Below, one piece after another: positions 63,639 through 64,000 of a stretch of DNA of 64,000 nt. The stretch comes from Hormiphora californensis (lineage: Eukaryota > Animalia > Ctenophora). Positions within the stretch are counted from its first letter, which is position 1. The number at the start of each line of letters is the position of its first letter. The notes beneath the pieces are model-generated. The model saw only the letters and a program-made list of their open reading frames with translations. It made no database searches and was not told the origin of the DNA. Location: positions 1,054,001 to 1,118,000 of the forward strand of contig CM035356.1 in the NCBI GenBank assembly GCA_020137815.1. The letters run 5' to 3'. The position numbers and the translations under genes were made by a program.

Positions 63639-64000
63639 CTGAGAAGGGAAGTGGTTAGTTATGGTAGTGCTAAAAGAGGGAAGTAATAAAATTAGTGAGA
63701 GAAAGGGTCGAGTGAGCTGCGAGAGGAAAAAAGTGTTGCTGCTGGTAAAAAAGTGTGATATTTCCAGTTCTCATTCCGGCCTCGCATGCTGTAGCCACGT
63801 CTCAGACTACCTGTTATTATACACAGTACACGTGTGTGTTTTGGACATGGTGTGTGTGAAGCAGGTGAGTCGCGTGATATGTTGGCGATACGCCAACTAA
63901 AACACAGCGCCTCATGTGCGTCTTGAAATTGTGTGCTTTTCATACGCAACTCAGAGATATGACCGCGCGCGCCGCACTGCAGTGGTGTGCTCTTCTCACC

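Overview
Eukaryotic (animal) genomic DNA with short GT-AG introns, many (CT/GA)n microsatellites and MITEs. The gene and repeat style suggests a ctenophore (Pleurobrachia-like); this is an inference from recall, not a search. The assembly looks unpolished, with scattered 1-nt frameshifts and a noisy patch near 27.2-27.7 kb. The window opens with a 5'-truncated RLE-type (HERO-like) non-LTR retrotransposon. Next is a 20-kb run of eight co-directional genes: four intronless CPEB1-type paralogs, an intronless MSH5, a fifth CPEB1 whose spliced N-terminus encodes a Tudor-like domain, SYCP3 and a Tctex1-domain gene. Each start codon has a YAG acceptor-like site just upstream, so this looks like a meiosis/germline cluster, possibly a trans-spliced operon. 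Further along are a TMEM272-like gene, an Ala/Glu/Pro/Val-repeat protein with two alternative CAAX C-termini, a nested non-autonomous DNA transposon, a receptor guanylyl cyclase, two large disordered proteins and the last exon of PDCD4.
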